Source: Acidobacteriota bacterium (GTDB lineage: Bacteria; Acidobacteriota; UBA890; WLXD01). From it: 64,000 nucleotides of DNA. The position numbers were made by a program, and so were the translations under genes. Within the stretch, counting starts at the first letter, position 1, and the number at the start of each line of letters is the position of its first letter. The notes below the pieces were generated by a model, which was not told the origin of the DNA, did no database searches, and saw nothing but the letters and a program-made list of their open reading frames with translations. Shown here in pieces: positions 9,854-19,700 of this stretch. The stretch is taken from the NCBI GenBank assembly GCA_963666215.2, contig CAXWPL010000004.1, positions 352,001 through 416,000 on the forward strand. The letters run 5' to 3'.

Positions 9854-11035
9854 ATGAAGGTCATCCTCCTCATCCCCCGACTCGGCGTCGGTGGTGCTCA
9901 AAGGCAGATCCTGCTGCTGGCTCGTGGGCTCGACCGGTTGGGGCACGACGTCACGGTCGCGAGCCTGGCGCCGGCGACGCCGCCCACAACGGATGCATCG
10001 GTCGCCGAGGCCGCCGCGCGAGGAGACGGGGCTTCCGGGCCGCCGACGGGGGCGGTTCGGCTGGAGCAACTCGGCCGAAGCAACAGTCCCTCCGCGCGAA
10101 CGCTGTCGGCTCTCCTGCGTCTCGTCGAGCGGGAGCGGCCTGATGTCCTCCACTCCTATCTCCCGTCGGCCAACATCGCGGCCGCGCTCGTCAAGCGCGT
10201 CCGGCCCGAGACACAGGTGGTGTGGGGCCTGCGCATGACCGAAGGAGAGCCCGGGCCGTATCACCTCCTGCATCGGTTCGTCTTCTGGCTCGAACGCCGC
10301 CTACCGTGGAAGCCCGACCTCTCGATCGCCAACGCTCCCTCGGTCCGACGGGCGGGCATAGCCGCCGGATTACCCGCGGAACGAGTCGCGGTCATCCCGA
10401 ACGGCTTCGACTCCCACGAATTTCGGCGTGACCCCGGCGAGCGCGAGCGTACGCGCGAAGCCTGGGGCATCGACGCGGACGAATGCCTGATCGGAACGGT
10501 GGGACGGTTGGATCCGATGAAGGGACACGAGGTGTTCCTGCAGGCCGCCGTTCGTCTTCTCGCCGATGACCCCGAGTTGCGCTTCGTGTGCGTAGGCCCC
10601 GACTTCCAGAACCGCCGCCGCGAGCTCGGCCAGATGGCGAAGCAACTCGGCATCGCCGAGCGGATCTCCTGGGTCTCGGCGACTACTCGCATCCGCGGGG
10701 CCTACAACGCCCTCGACGTCCTCTGTCACCCTTCTCTCTTCGCTGAGGGCTTTCCCAACGCGGTCGCCGAAGCTCTTCTTTGCGAAACACCCTGTGTCGC
10801 GAGCGATGTCGGCCACAGCCGCCAGATCCTCGGGGAGGAGGGCGCCGTGGTCCCGGCGGGAGACCCGGATGCGCTCGCCGCTGCGACGCTTGCGGCCCTC
10901 CAGTCGCCCGAACGCGATGTGGCGCTCGCCGGAAGGGAAGCGAGGCAGCGGATCAGGGCAGAGTTCTCCGAGCGCTCCCTGGTCGAACGCACGGAGGCGG
11001 CACTGAGGACCGTGGTCGATGGACCACCTGGCTGA
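9854..11035 (+). CDS. GT4 family glycosyltransferase
   Basis: GGAQRQ, VIPNG, VGRLDPMKG, HPSLFAEGFPNAVAEA, VASDVG. Confidence 0.93.
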   Translation: MKVILLIPRLGVGGAQRQILLLARGLDRLGHDVTVASLAPATPPTTDASVAEAAARGDGASGPPTGAVRLEQLGRSNSPSARTLSALLRLVERERPDVLHSYLPSANIAAALVKRVRPETQVVWGLRMTEGEPGPYHLLHRFVFWLERRLPWKPDLSIANAPSVRRAGIAAGLPAERVAVIPNGFDSHEFRRDPGERERTREAWGIDADECLIGTVGRLDPMKGHEVFLQAAVRLLADDPELRFVCVGPDFQNRRRELGQMAKQLGIAERISWVSATTRIRGAYNALDVLCHPSLFAEGFPNAVAEALLCETPCVASDVGHSRQILGEEGAVVPAGDPDALAAATLAALQSPERDVALAGREARQRIRAEFSERSLVERTEAALRTVVDGPPG

Positions 11036-11089
11036 AGCTGCGGGCCCAGCAGACCGACCCTTGAAGCCCACCGCGTGCAGGCAGGCTGG

Positions 11090-11809
11090 CTATGGCCGCA
11101 CATCCTGGCCCGGCACCGGTCCGGACTTCGCGAAGGTTGTGCGGAGGCGGCGATGCTCGACACCGAGAAAGTCGAGCAACGGCCGCGCGAAGCCCTCGGG
11201 AGCGGTCTCGATACTCTGGTTTCGGGTCAGCTCCTCGTACGTCACTGTGTAAACGGTCTTCCTGCGCAGCATCCGCGTGAACTCCTTCTGCTGAGCAGCG
11301 ATATTGATCGTGCGCTTCTCAATTGCTTCCAGGTCGACCTCGTAGATCTCGGGGGGCTCGTCGCCGACCCTGAAGTGGGCACGATGCCGATCCCCGTGGA
11401 TCCTCTGGTCGATACGGTTTCGCGCCTGACTCAGGGCGACTCCGCGCGGATCTCTCAGTAGGTGGATCACCTTCGTCTTCTTGAAATCGATGGCGCTCGG
11501 TCGACGCTTCCACTGCCCGTAGTGAATGGTGGCTCCGACCTTCCTGCCTTCGATCCGACGCGGAACTCGGCCATTCAACAGAATCTCGCCATGGGTCCTG
11601 ATCAAGGGATGCGAGCTCAAGAGGCTCATCAGGAGGTGCGAGCCACTCCTCTGGGTCGTGATCAGCACAAAATCGAGATCGAAGGGCTCCGGCGTGTCGG
11701 CGCCTCTCGATCGCCATTTCCTCCAGCGACGGAGGATCGGCCGGAGCGCCTTGGCGATCTGAGGAGGAAGCCGATGAACGAACGCCAGGATGTTGTCGCG
11801 CATCAGCAT
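11090..11809 (-). CDS. Sulfotransferase (Stf0/Sulfotransfer-like)
   Basis: PAPS loop TTQRSGSHLLMSLLSSHP, GEIL, KVIHLLRDPRGVALS, VTYEEL. Confidence 0.82.
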   Translation of the reverse strand: MLMRDNILAFVHRLPPQIAKALRPILRRWRKWRSRGADTPEPFDLDFVLITTQRSGSHLLMSLLSSHPLIRTHGEILLNGRVPRRIEGRKVGATIHYGQWKRRPSAIDFKKTKVIHLLRDPRGVALSQARNRIDQRIHGDRHRAHFRVGDEPPEIYEVDLEAIEKRTINIAAQQKEFTRMLRRKTVYTVTYEELTRNQSIETAPEGFARPLLDFLGVEHRRLRTTFAKSGPVPGQDVRP

Positions 11810-11972
11810 CGCTGAGGTTGATAGCCGCCTGGCTGTCGGGACACCAATAGAATACGAACCGATCTTGTCTTGTCCGGAGTCTATCTTGCGTCCATGGCGC
11901 GCAGCGCCACAGCGCTATGATCCCGGACGCGACGTCCTGTATGCCGCCAACGTTCGCTAGGATCTGTGCCCC

Positions 11973-12689
11973 ATGATGATGACTTCCTTTGCCCGGCGAC
12001 TGTTGTCTCGTCCCTCGCGACCTCACGACCTGACGCTGCTGGACTCGCCCACCTTCGACAGAGTCAACGTCCAGCCTCTCGTCGAGGCCGTCTGTCGTCA
12101 TGCTTCTCTCAGCCTCGAGTCGTGTCTGGACGTGGGCTGCGGGCCGCGACCAGGGGATCGCTGGTTCGCCAGACACGCCAGCGGCCCAGAGCCACGATTC
12201 GGCGGCGCAGATATCGACCCTGTGGTCCTGCAGGAACTCGCGGAGCGAGGGATCGACGCGGTCGATCCACGGACGACGGAGCGCGACCTGACCAGCGACC
12301 TGGTCATGGCCAAGGAGGTGATCGAGCACCTTCCGGCGGCCGAATGTGAGGACTTCGTCGACCTGTGCGCACGGAACACGAAGAAGGTGTTCGCGCTGAC
12401 GACGCCCAACTTCGAATACTGGCAGGGTCTGAGGGCAACCGACGCGACGAAGGAGTGTCGCTGGGTCCCCGACCACTTCAAGGACTTCCGGCCCGAGAGC
12501 AGCAACCCCCACACGCACAAGCAGGAAATGACGCCCGAGTCGGTCGGTGCCTACCTCGAGAAGGCCTTCCCTTCGCCCACCTGGCAGCGTCGGGTCTATC
12601 GGGCGTGGCCCTGGACTTTGCGCGACGAGGCCCGCGGCACGGAATGGCGGCTCTACTTCAAGATCTTCGCGCTCGCCTGGCGCGCCTGA
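11973..12689 (+). CDS. Class I SAM-dependent methyltransferase
   Basis: LDVGCG, GADID, EVIEHL, LTTPN. Confidence 0.88.
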   Translation: MMMTSFARRLLSRPSRPHDLTLLDSPTFDRVNVQPLVEAVCRHASLSLESCLDVGCGPRPGDRWFARHASGPEPRFGGADIDPVVLQELAERGIDAVDPRTTERDLTSDLVMAKEVIEHLPAAECEDFVDLCARNTKKVFALTTPNFEYWQGLRATDATKECRWVPDHFKDFRPESSNPHTHKQEMTPESVGAYLEKAFPSPTWQRRVYRAWPWTLRDEARGTEWRLYFKIFALAWRA

Positions 12690-12699
12690 CGACGACATC

Positions 12700-14649
12700 T
12701 CAACGCGGTTCCAGACGGATGGAGTCGAACTGAGCCGCGAGTCGTCGTGAATCGTCGGATAGCTCAAGCTCCGCCGGTGATACGGCATATCTGAAACGGA
12801 ACGCAATACGCACCCAACCGCTTCCTGGCCTGATCTCGAACGAGGGGTCGAGTTCGTAGCGAATGAAGCCCGGGGCGAGCGAGAAGGACTCGACGAGCCG
12901 GTCGCCAACCCAAACCTCGACGGTCTGCGGGCCCGAATTCGGATCGACGAAGGGGGCCGCCACGAAACTCAGGCGATACGAAGCCTCCCGGAGGCGGGCC
13001 AGCAGAACGAATTCCGGCAGCGATGCCCAGCGGAACGTTCTCCCACCGTCATCTTCACGCCCGAACAGGGATCCGGTGAGGAACAGCTGGTCGCCGTCGC
13101 TCCCCACATCAACGTCCAGCACACGGTGTCGGCGTGCCGGCGCGCGATCCAGGAAATCGACCGGCACGCCGTGACGCAGGGCAAACGTGATGGCGCCGGG
13201 CAGCGCGAAGGGGTTACCCATCCGCTGACTGATGAGCTCGGTCATCCGCGAAAAAGGGACCGGATCGCTGAGGGTTATCTTGCCCTTGCGCGTCTCGTCG
13301 ACGAGCAGCAGGTTCAAGACCACGATGCTGGCGACGATTATCGCAACGGGCACGAGCGGCCGCCTGCGAAGCTCGTGGATGCTTGCGGCCAACCCGAACG
13401 CGAAAGGCATCGCGCATGCCACGAAGCGCCGCGCACCAAACGAGGCGCCGCCGTCCCATCCTGGCGACGCCGCGTTCGCTACTACCTGCAAGGCGACGAC
13501 GGAACCCAGCCCCAGCGCCAGCCCTCGATCGTGCCGCAACAAGAAGGGCAGTCCAAGGATCGCCAGGGCGAGAATCGGAGAGCTGGAGACGAGTCCGTGC
13601 TGCGGCGAGAAGAGAACCTGCAGCGGACTGAACTCGACGAAGAGATCTTGCAGCGCAAGGTATTCGCGCATGAACACAGCTCCACCAATGGCGACGATCG
13701 ATCCGAGCCCCAATGCGAGGCTGACGGTTGCCAGCCGGCGAGCCGTCAGACGGTGCATCCAGGCGGTCGTCGAGTCTCGACTCCATGCGCGAACCAGGCC
13801 GTCGACAAGCGGGACTGCGGCGAACAGTACGTTCTGTGGCCGTACCAGGATCATGGCTACGCCGGCAATACCTAGCAGACACCATCTGGCACGAGTCGAC
13901 TCCTGCCTGATCGCGAACCACACGAACAGGAACGAGGTTGCAGCGAACAACGAGACGCCGTGCGACATGCTGTTCTCGATCGTCAGGTACCAGACGATCG
14001 GCGTCGCCAGCACTATGGCCACTACCGCGACTGTAGTCGTCGCACGGTCGAATTCTCGCCGGACAGCCTGGAAGATCATCGTGAAGGCGGCGAACCCGTA
14101 GAGCAGAGTGCCCAAACCAACCGCGCGTTGATACGGATTCGCAAAGCCGTCGCGCACCTGTTCGTCGCCCAGCAGGTTCATCAGGCCCAGCCAGACGTGA
14201 GCGAGGAGCATGAACGGTGTCCAGAGCAGGGCGGTACCGATGGGAAAGCTCACGTCCCGTTCTCGAGCCCTGAACAATTCGATGTCGTTGGCGAAGTCGA
14301 GATCACCTTCGATCGCGATTGACCTCGCCTGCGCGAAGTAACCGCGTCCGTCGCTGGCAGCACGCATGTAGCCCACGTGAAACAAGGCCAACAGCACTGA
14401 GAACACGGCGAGCATCACCCAAAAGCCGTCGCTCCTTCCACTCCACAGACGTGGTGGCGAGCCCCGACCGTTGTCGTTGCTCATGCGCTCCATCTGGCGC
14501 GCAACTCCGACGCACGCCCAGCCCAGCAACACCCACCACGCCAACCCCATCAACCGTAGGTCGATCTTGAAAAGCACGACGTGCCAGATACGCAGGAGGG
14601 TCAGCGCGAGTATCGCCATCGACACCCACCACACGAAGACCCTCGTCAT
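12700..14649 (-). CDS. Polytopic membrane glycosyltransferase (GT-C/GT39-like) with a C-terminal extracytoplasmic domain
   Basis: SDGRGYF...IEGDLDF, FPIGTALLW, many TM helices, VRPQN, LFSPQHGL, WDGGASFGARRF. Confidence 0.7.
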   Translation of the reverse strand: MTRVFVWWVSMAILALTLLRIWHVVLFKIDLRLMGLAWWVLLGWACVGVARQMERMSNDNGRGSPPRLWSGRSDGFWVMLAVFSVLLALFHVGYMRAASDGRGYFAQARSIAIEGDLDFANDIELFRARERDVSFPIGTALLWTPFMLLAHVWLGLMNLLGDEQVRDGFANPYQRAVGLGTLLYGFAAFTMIFQAVRREFDRATTTVAVVAIVLATPIVWYLTIENSMSHGVSLFAATSFLFVWFAIRQESTRARWCLLGIAGVAMILVRPQNVLFAAVPLVDGLVRAWSRDSTTAWMHRLTARRLATVSLALGLGSIVAIGGAVFMREYLALQDLFVEFSPLQVLFSPQHGLVSSSPILALAILGLPFLLRHDRGLALGLGSVVALQVVANAASPGWDGGASFGARRFVACAMPFAFGLAASIHELRRRPLVPVAIIVASIVVLNLLLVDETRKGKITLSDPVPFSRMTELISQRMGNPFALPGAITFALRHGVPVDFLDRAPARRHRVLDVDVGSDGDQLFLTGSLFGREDDGGRTFRWASLPEFVLLARLREASYRLSFVAAPFVDPNSGPQTVEVWVGDRLVESFSLAPGFIRYELDPSFEIRPGSGWVRIAFRFRYAVSPAELELSDDSRRLAAQFDSIRLEPR

Positions 14650-14659
14650 GTTTTCATCG

Positions 14660-14818
14660 TCATAGCTTGGCGAGCCCGAAATCGAGGATGTCGAGGCCGA
14701 CCCCGGCGGCTGACTCCACCGACGGGCGTCGCCCCTTCAGCCACGCACGCAGCGACATACCGCCGGCGCCGAGCAGTTCGAGGATTTCGTAGGGGCCTAG
14801 CCGAGTTCCGCGTTCCAT
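14660..14818 (-). pseudogene. Collapsed Ser/Thr kinase mini-ORF (52 aa)
   Basis: MERGTRLGPYEILELLGAGGM + SLRAWLKGRRPSVESAAGVGLDI + LDFGLAKL: three non-adjacent kinase segments in one frame. Confidence 0.8.
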
Positions 14819-14883
14819 CCGCGGAAGCCTATTCGCTACACATGTCCATTGCCACGGCCGACGATCCGGCCCTTCAACAGGGT

Positions 14884-15129
14884 GTCTCCAGCCGTCTCCA
14901 ATATGTCTCCACGACTGGGGTCGACTCCAGGGGACTGGACGGGACTCCAGGGCACTCAAATGGAGGCGGCAAGTCTCGACTTTCCAAATACTTGCGCCGA
15001 AAGTCGTTTGCCATCAAGTAGTTAGCGAGATCGCGCCATTCGGGTTCAATTCCCGCCGCCTCCACCTTTAACTTGTTGTCCTTTACAGACTTACAAGATT
15101 GCGCCCGCCCGTCTCCAAAATGTCTCCAC
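14884..15129. repeat. GTCTCCA arm-type repeats on both sides of the tmRNA fragment (21-bp repeat with 20/21 identity)
   Basis: CCGTCTCCAATATGTCTCCAC at 14892-14912 vs CCGTCTCCAAAATGTCTCCAC at 15109-15129; extra GTCTCCA at 14884. Confidence 0.8.
15041..15066 (+). ncRNA. ssrA: tmRNA 3'-end fragment (att core), not a complete gene
   Basis: CGGGTTCAATTCCCGCCGCCTCCACC = T-arm plus acceptor 3' strand with U70/A73 alanine identity; no 5' half visible upstream. Confidence 0.75.
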
Positions 15130-15232
15130 ATTTTGAGGCGGGTTTTGGTGCGTTTAGCAGGTCAACAGCGGCTTCGAGCGCCGCCGGCGACAGGTGCATG
15201 TAACGCATCGTTGTCGTCAGGTCAGCATGACC
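15083..15232 (-). pseudogene. Tyrosine integrase C-terminal remnant
   Basis: GHADLTTTMRYMHL box II with the catalytic Tyr; points toward the att site and is cut off by an IS end at 15236. Confidence 0.8.
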
Positions 15233-15235
15233 TTC

Positions 15236-15480
15236 TGACCTGACCCCACCGTTGGTACCACGTCGTATCTTAGTAACTCGGTGCTTTGACCCCACCCCGG
15301 AATCAGTACCAGTCAGAGGTTTAGGATTCGGTGTTCCGAAGCCTCCGGTTGCCAGCCCCTGGCGAACTCCGTAGGAGTTCGGTCCTTCAGTGAGCTGTGT
15401 GGTCGCTGCGTGTTGTAGTCGATTCTCCATGCCTCGAGCTTGTGCCGAGCGTCCTCCATCGAGAAGAACAGCTCGCTGTT
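15236..15480 (-). mobile_element. IS3-family remnant: transposase 3' end plus two tandem right-end-like inverted repeats
   Basis: NSELFFSMEDARHKLEAWRIDYNTQRPHSSLKDRTPTEFA (stop at 15313); ends TGACCTGACCCC..GGTACCAC (15236-15261) and TGACCCCACCCC..GTACCAG (15287-15312). Confidence 0.82.
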
Positions 15481-15736
15481 ATGAGACACTCATCTCGAAG
15501 CCGGCAGGTACTCACCGTCTCTAGCCGTCGCCACGCCAGAGAGCTGATTCAGCGATCGTCGGGGCGGTCGGGCGGCCAGGCCGACCGCCATCACGGGCAC
15601 GCCGCGCGGCAAATAACTACTGAAACCTGGTTCCACGACGGCGCCTACGTCACCGAGCGCGGCGGAATCCCGTCACTCTTGCGCATGGGTTGGCGATCTT
15701 GGCAGTTGTTGTCGACCCTGGCGCCTATCGGCGTCG

Positions 15737-16699
15737 GTGCAACGTCCTGCCCTGGCGGGCGTCGTCGCAGCCGCGCTTCTGTGCGCGGCGGCCGCCTGCC
15801 AGTCTGCCGAGCCGCCGGCTACCGGCGATGCAACTTCGAGCACCCCCTCGGCCGACGCCGACTCGTCGGCAGCCGCAACCGACAGCGGGCTGGTCGAGTT
15901 CTCCGTGGAGGACTTTGCCTTCGCGGCACCGCCGCGGCTGCGCTCCGGTTGGAACACGTTCCGCATGACCAACACCGGTGAGCAACCACACTTCATGCAG
16001 CTGTGGCAGCTGCCGGAGGGCCACACCTTCGACGAGTTTGTGGCCGATGTGGCGACTCCATTCCAGGCCGAGTTCGACCGCTACGTCGGTGGGGAAACCA
16101 CGCAAGCCGAGTTCTTCGAGACTCTGGGCGCCTTGATGCCGCAGTGGTTCTACGACACCGCGCCGATGGGCGGAGTGGGGCTCACCGCCCCAGGCCTCAC
16201 CTCCGAAACCGCGTTGCAGCTCGAGGCCGGCGACTACGTCATGGAGTGCTACGTCATCTCACCCGACGACGAGATGAAGTTCCACGGCGTGCTCGGCATG
16301 CTGCGACCGCTGATCGTCACCGACCAGAGCACCGGGCAGCAGCAGCCGGCAGCCGACGTCCGCGTCACGCTGACCAACTTCGCCATCGAGATCGAGGGTG
16401 AGCTCACCGCGGGCGAGCACACGATTGCCGTGCACGCCGCCGAGGGCGCCGAGGGCCTGGTGCAGCACGACCTGCACCTGGCGCGCTTGAGCGAGGACGA
16501 CTCGCTCGACGAGTTCGTCGCCTGGATGAGCTGGGTCGACGGCATGCGCGCGCCGGCGCCGGTGGAGTTCCTCGGCGGCGTCGACCACCTGCCCGCCAAT
16601 GGCACCGGCACCATCACGGTCACGCTCGAGACCGGACGCTACGCCTGGGTCTCGGAGCTCGCCGCCCAGGGAATGGTGCACGAGTTCGTCGTCGAATAG
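15737..16699 (+). CDS. Lipoprotein with two cupredoxin-like domains
   Basis: Lipobox AAAC; domain 1 has H (QPHF), C (MECY), H and M (FHGVLGM); domain 2 lacks the Cys. Confidence 0.62.
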   Translation: MQRPALAGVVAAALLCAAAACQSAEPPATGDATSSTPSADADSSAAATDSGLVEFSVEDFAFAAPPRLRSGWNTFRMTNTGEQPHFMQLWQLPEGHTFDEFVADVATPFQAEFDRYVGGETTQAEFFETLGALMPQWFYDTAPMGGVGLTAPGLTSETALQLEAGDYVMECYVISPDDEMKFHGVLGMLRPLIVTDQSTGQQQPAADVRVTLTNFAIEIEGELTAGEHTIAVHAAEGAEGLVQHDLHLARLSEDDSLDEFVAWMSWVDGMRAPAPVEFLGGVDHLPANGTGTITVTLETGRYAWVSELAAQGMVHEFVVE

Positions 16700-16714
16700 C
16701 GGTGATTCTTGCCG

Positions 16715-19700
16715 CTAGCGGCCGGGCTCACCTTCGGACATCTCGATCAGCTCGTTGGGCCCGGTGAAGTGAAGCGCGACGCGCGCCGGCGAACGAATCG
16801 CGGAGGCGGCGCGGTAGATGCGCGCCTGGATCTCGTAGCCGCGCGCGGTCTCGCGCGCCTGCTCGGCACCGATCTCGTGCGTCTTGAAGTCGATGACCCA
16901 GGCCGGCTCTTCGGGTCGGTACAGGTCGAACGCCCCAACGCGCCACGAGCGCGGCTCGGCCAGGTGTAAGAACTGGAGCTCGCGGTAATGCTCGCCCTCG
17001 GCGTACCAGGCCCACTCGTCGCTCTGGATGACGCGGCGGATCTCTGTTTCGAGCATCTCGCGATATTCCGAGTCTGAGAGCAAAAGCTCGAGGTCGGGAT
17101 CGTCGAGGCCGCCGATGGTTTCTTGCAGCAGCCGCGAGAGCTCTTCCTCGGCGTGGATGCGCTCGAGAACCTCGTGGATAATGGTGCCGCGGACGGTGGC
17201 GGGAATGGGACCAGATTCTAGAGAAGAGCCAGACGATCCGGCCGATCCAGGCGATCCGGGCTCTCCAACTCTGGCGCTGGCTTCGGGAGCGAACTCGCGC
17301 CGGGGCTGGACGCCCTGGCGGTAGCGCATTTGCCAGACTCGCTCGTCCTTGTCGCGCGTCATCATCTCGGTCGCCGACACGACGAAGCGCAGCGGCGGCT
17401 CGGCTGCGTTTTGCAGAAGCAGCGGCGGCTCGCCGGTGCGGACATCGCCGAGCCACTGCAACGACGGGCGCGGGCTGGTGTCGCGGAGGTCGATGTCGGG
17501 CGCGTCGTCTCGGACGAAGAACGGGTTGCCGTCTACGCCGGCGGCGAGCCAATGGGAGAAGGACTTCTCGCGATTCCGTGGACCCACCACCACAAGACGA
17601 TCCCGCGCTCGTGTGCTGGCCACATAGAGCAGCCGCGTGTCCTCGGCACGCTCTTCGAGCTGGTAGCGATTCCAGATCCGGCTGGCTCGCGGGCCTCGGG
17701 AGTCCGTGGCCGGACAAAGCAGCGGCCCGAGCACAGGATCTGACCAAAAAGTGTTGGAGCTCATGTCGCGATGCTGAGCCCCCGTACCCACCAGGAAAAC
17801 CACCGGCCACTCGAGGCCCTTGGCGCGATGGATGGTGGTGAGGGTGACAACGTCGTCGTCCTTGGAGTAGAGCGGCGCCTGGGGCAGGCCGTTGTCGAGC
17901 GCGTCCCAACGGTCCCACACCTCGAGGAACGTGGCGATGTCGAGGTCGCGGTACTCCTCGGTGAACTGCAGGAAGGTTTGCAGGTTGCCGAGGGGCTCCT
18001 CGGCGCGGCCGCGGAGCAGGAGGTGGAGGCGGTAGCCGAGGCTATCGAGCAGGCCGGTAATGACCTCGTCGAGCGGGGCACGGTGGACGAGGGCGCGGGC
18101 GTGCTGCAGGGCCTCGAGGGCCCGGGCCAGGGCGAGGCGCTCGATGTCGGTGACGACGGGCCCCTCGGGGGCGTCGAACCAGGGATTCTTCCCGTTCTTC
18201 CCGCATTCGCCTTCCTCTAGAAAGCGCTGGGCTTTGCTCAGAAGCGTGGAGCCGCCGATGTCGCGGTCCATGGCGATGCGCACCACCACCTCGTCGCGCA
18301 GGGCCACGAACGGTGAGCGTAGAAATCCGAAAGCACGGTAGTCGTCGCGCGGGTTGCGCAGCAGGCGCAGCACGTTGAGAACGTCGAGGATTTCCTGGCG
18401 CTTGCCGAGATGGGGAGCGCCGGCGATGTAATAAGGAATGCCGGCGTGGCTGAGGGCGCGCTCGAACTCGGTGAGCACGGAGCGCGAGCGGTAGAGGATG
18501 GCGATGTCGCGGTAGGCGATGGGGCGGACGGTGCCGTCGTCGGGGTCGGTGACCCGGCTAGCTCCAGGGCCTCCAGGGCCTCCGATGCTTTCAGTTTCTT
18601 CAGCGCCTTCGGCCCTTTGGGCCCCTCCCGCCCCGCCGGCGTGAACCGCGCCCACCATCTCGCGAATGCGGGCCGCCACCTGCGTGGCCTCCCCAGCCTT
18701 GTCTTCCTTGATGGTGACCTTGCCGGCCCTCGTCTCGTTGCGAGTCTCGGCAACGAGCCACTCGAGACCCGAGGTCTCGCTGTCGGGCACTCCGGCCACC
18801 AGGGTTTGATACGGAATCCGGCTGCCGGGGAGCTCGGCGGCGAGCTCCTCACCGGTGTCGTCCATGGCGGCCGATAGCGCGTCGTTGACGAAGGCGACGA
18901 TGGGTCGAGCACAGCGGAAGTTCTCGCTGAGCGAGCGCACGACGCCGTGCTCGTGGAGCACCTGCTCGACCTGGTTCCACACCGAGATGTCGGCGCCGCG
19001 GAATCGGTAGATGGACTGCTTGGGGTCGCCAACGAGAAAGAGCTGCGGGCGCGTGGCGGGGATCCTTTGGAAAGAGCTGTCTGCGGGCGGCGCCACCGCC
19101 GGGGTGGCGGAGGCGCCGGAACCGGAGATGGGCAGCCCGGCGATGGCGAAGGCGATGTCGCGCTGGGCGTCGTCGGTATCCTGGAACTCGTCGATGATGA
19201 CGATGCGGTAGCGGCGGCGAATGCCGGCGAGCGCGGCGGCGCCGGTGCCGCTTGTGAGCAGGCGTCGGGCGTCGAGGATGAGGGCGTCGAAGTCCTTGGC
19301 GTTCTCGTCGTCGAGGTAGCGGGTCCATTGAACGAGCGCGCGGCGAGCGAGGCTGACGAGTGCTTGCACGTGGCGCGCCGAGGCGCCATCGAGCTCGTCG
19401 TCCCAGGTGCCGTCGAGCTGGGCGAGACGCTGGAGGATCCCGACATCGAGGTCGGGCTCCACCTCCTGGAGATCGGAATCCGCGGCGATCTCGTGGACGC
19501 GCTCGCGCTCGCCGCCCTCCATCCACTGGGCGTAACGAGCCTCGTGCCAGCGCAGGTCGCGCATGGCCCCGCGCACGTGCTCGATCACGCCCTTGGCGTA
19601 CCCGGAGCCGCGGAGCCGCTGGAAGTCGTGCATCAGGAGGGTCGCGCCCTCATCGTGGTTGGCGAGGGCGTCCATGACCACGCCGTGGATGACGTCGTCC

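Noticed and set aside
11319-12908. 529-aa minus-strand ORF
   Set aside because: Overlaps the methyltransferase (antisense) and the sulfotransferase (off-frame); no motifs
15041-15066. Complete tRNA-Ala or tmRNA gene
   Set aside because: No matching 5' acceptor strand or D/anticodon arms visible upstream
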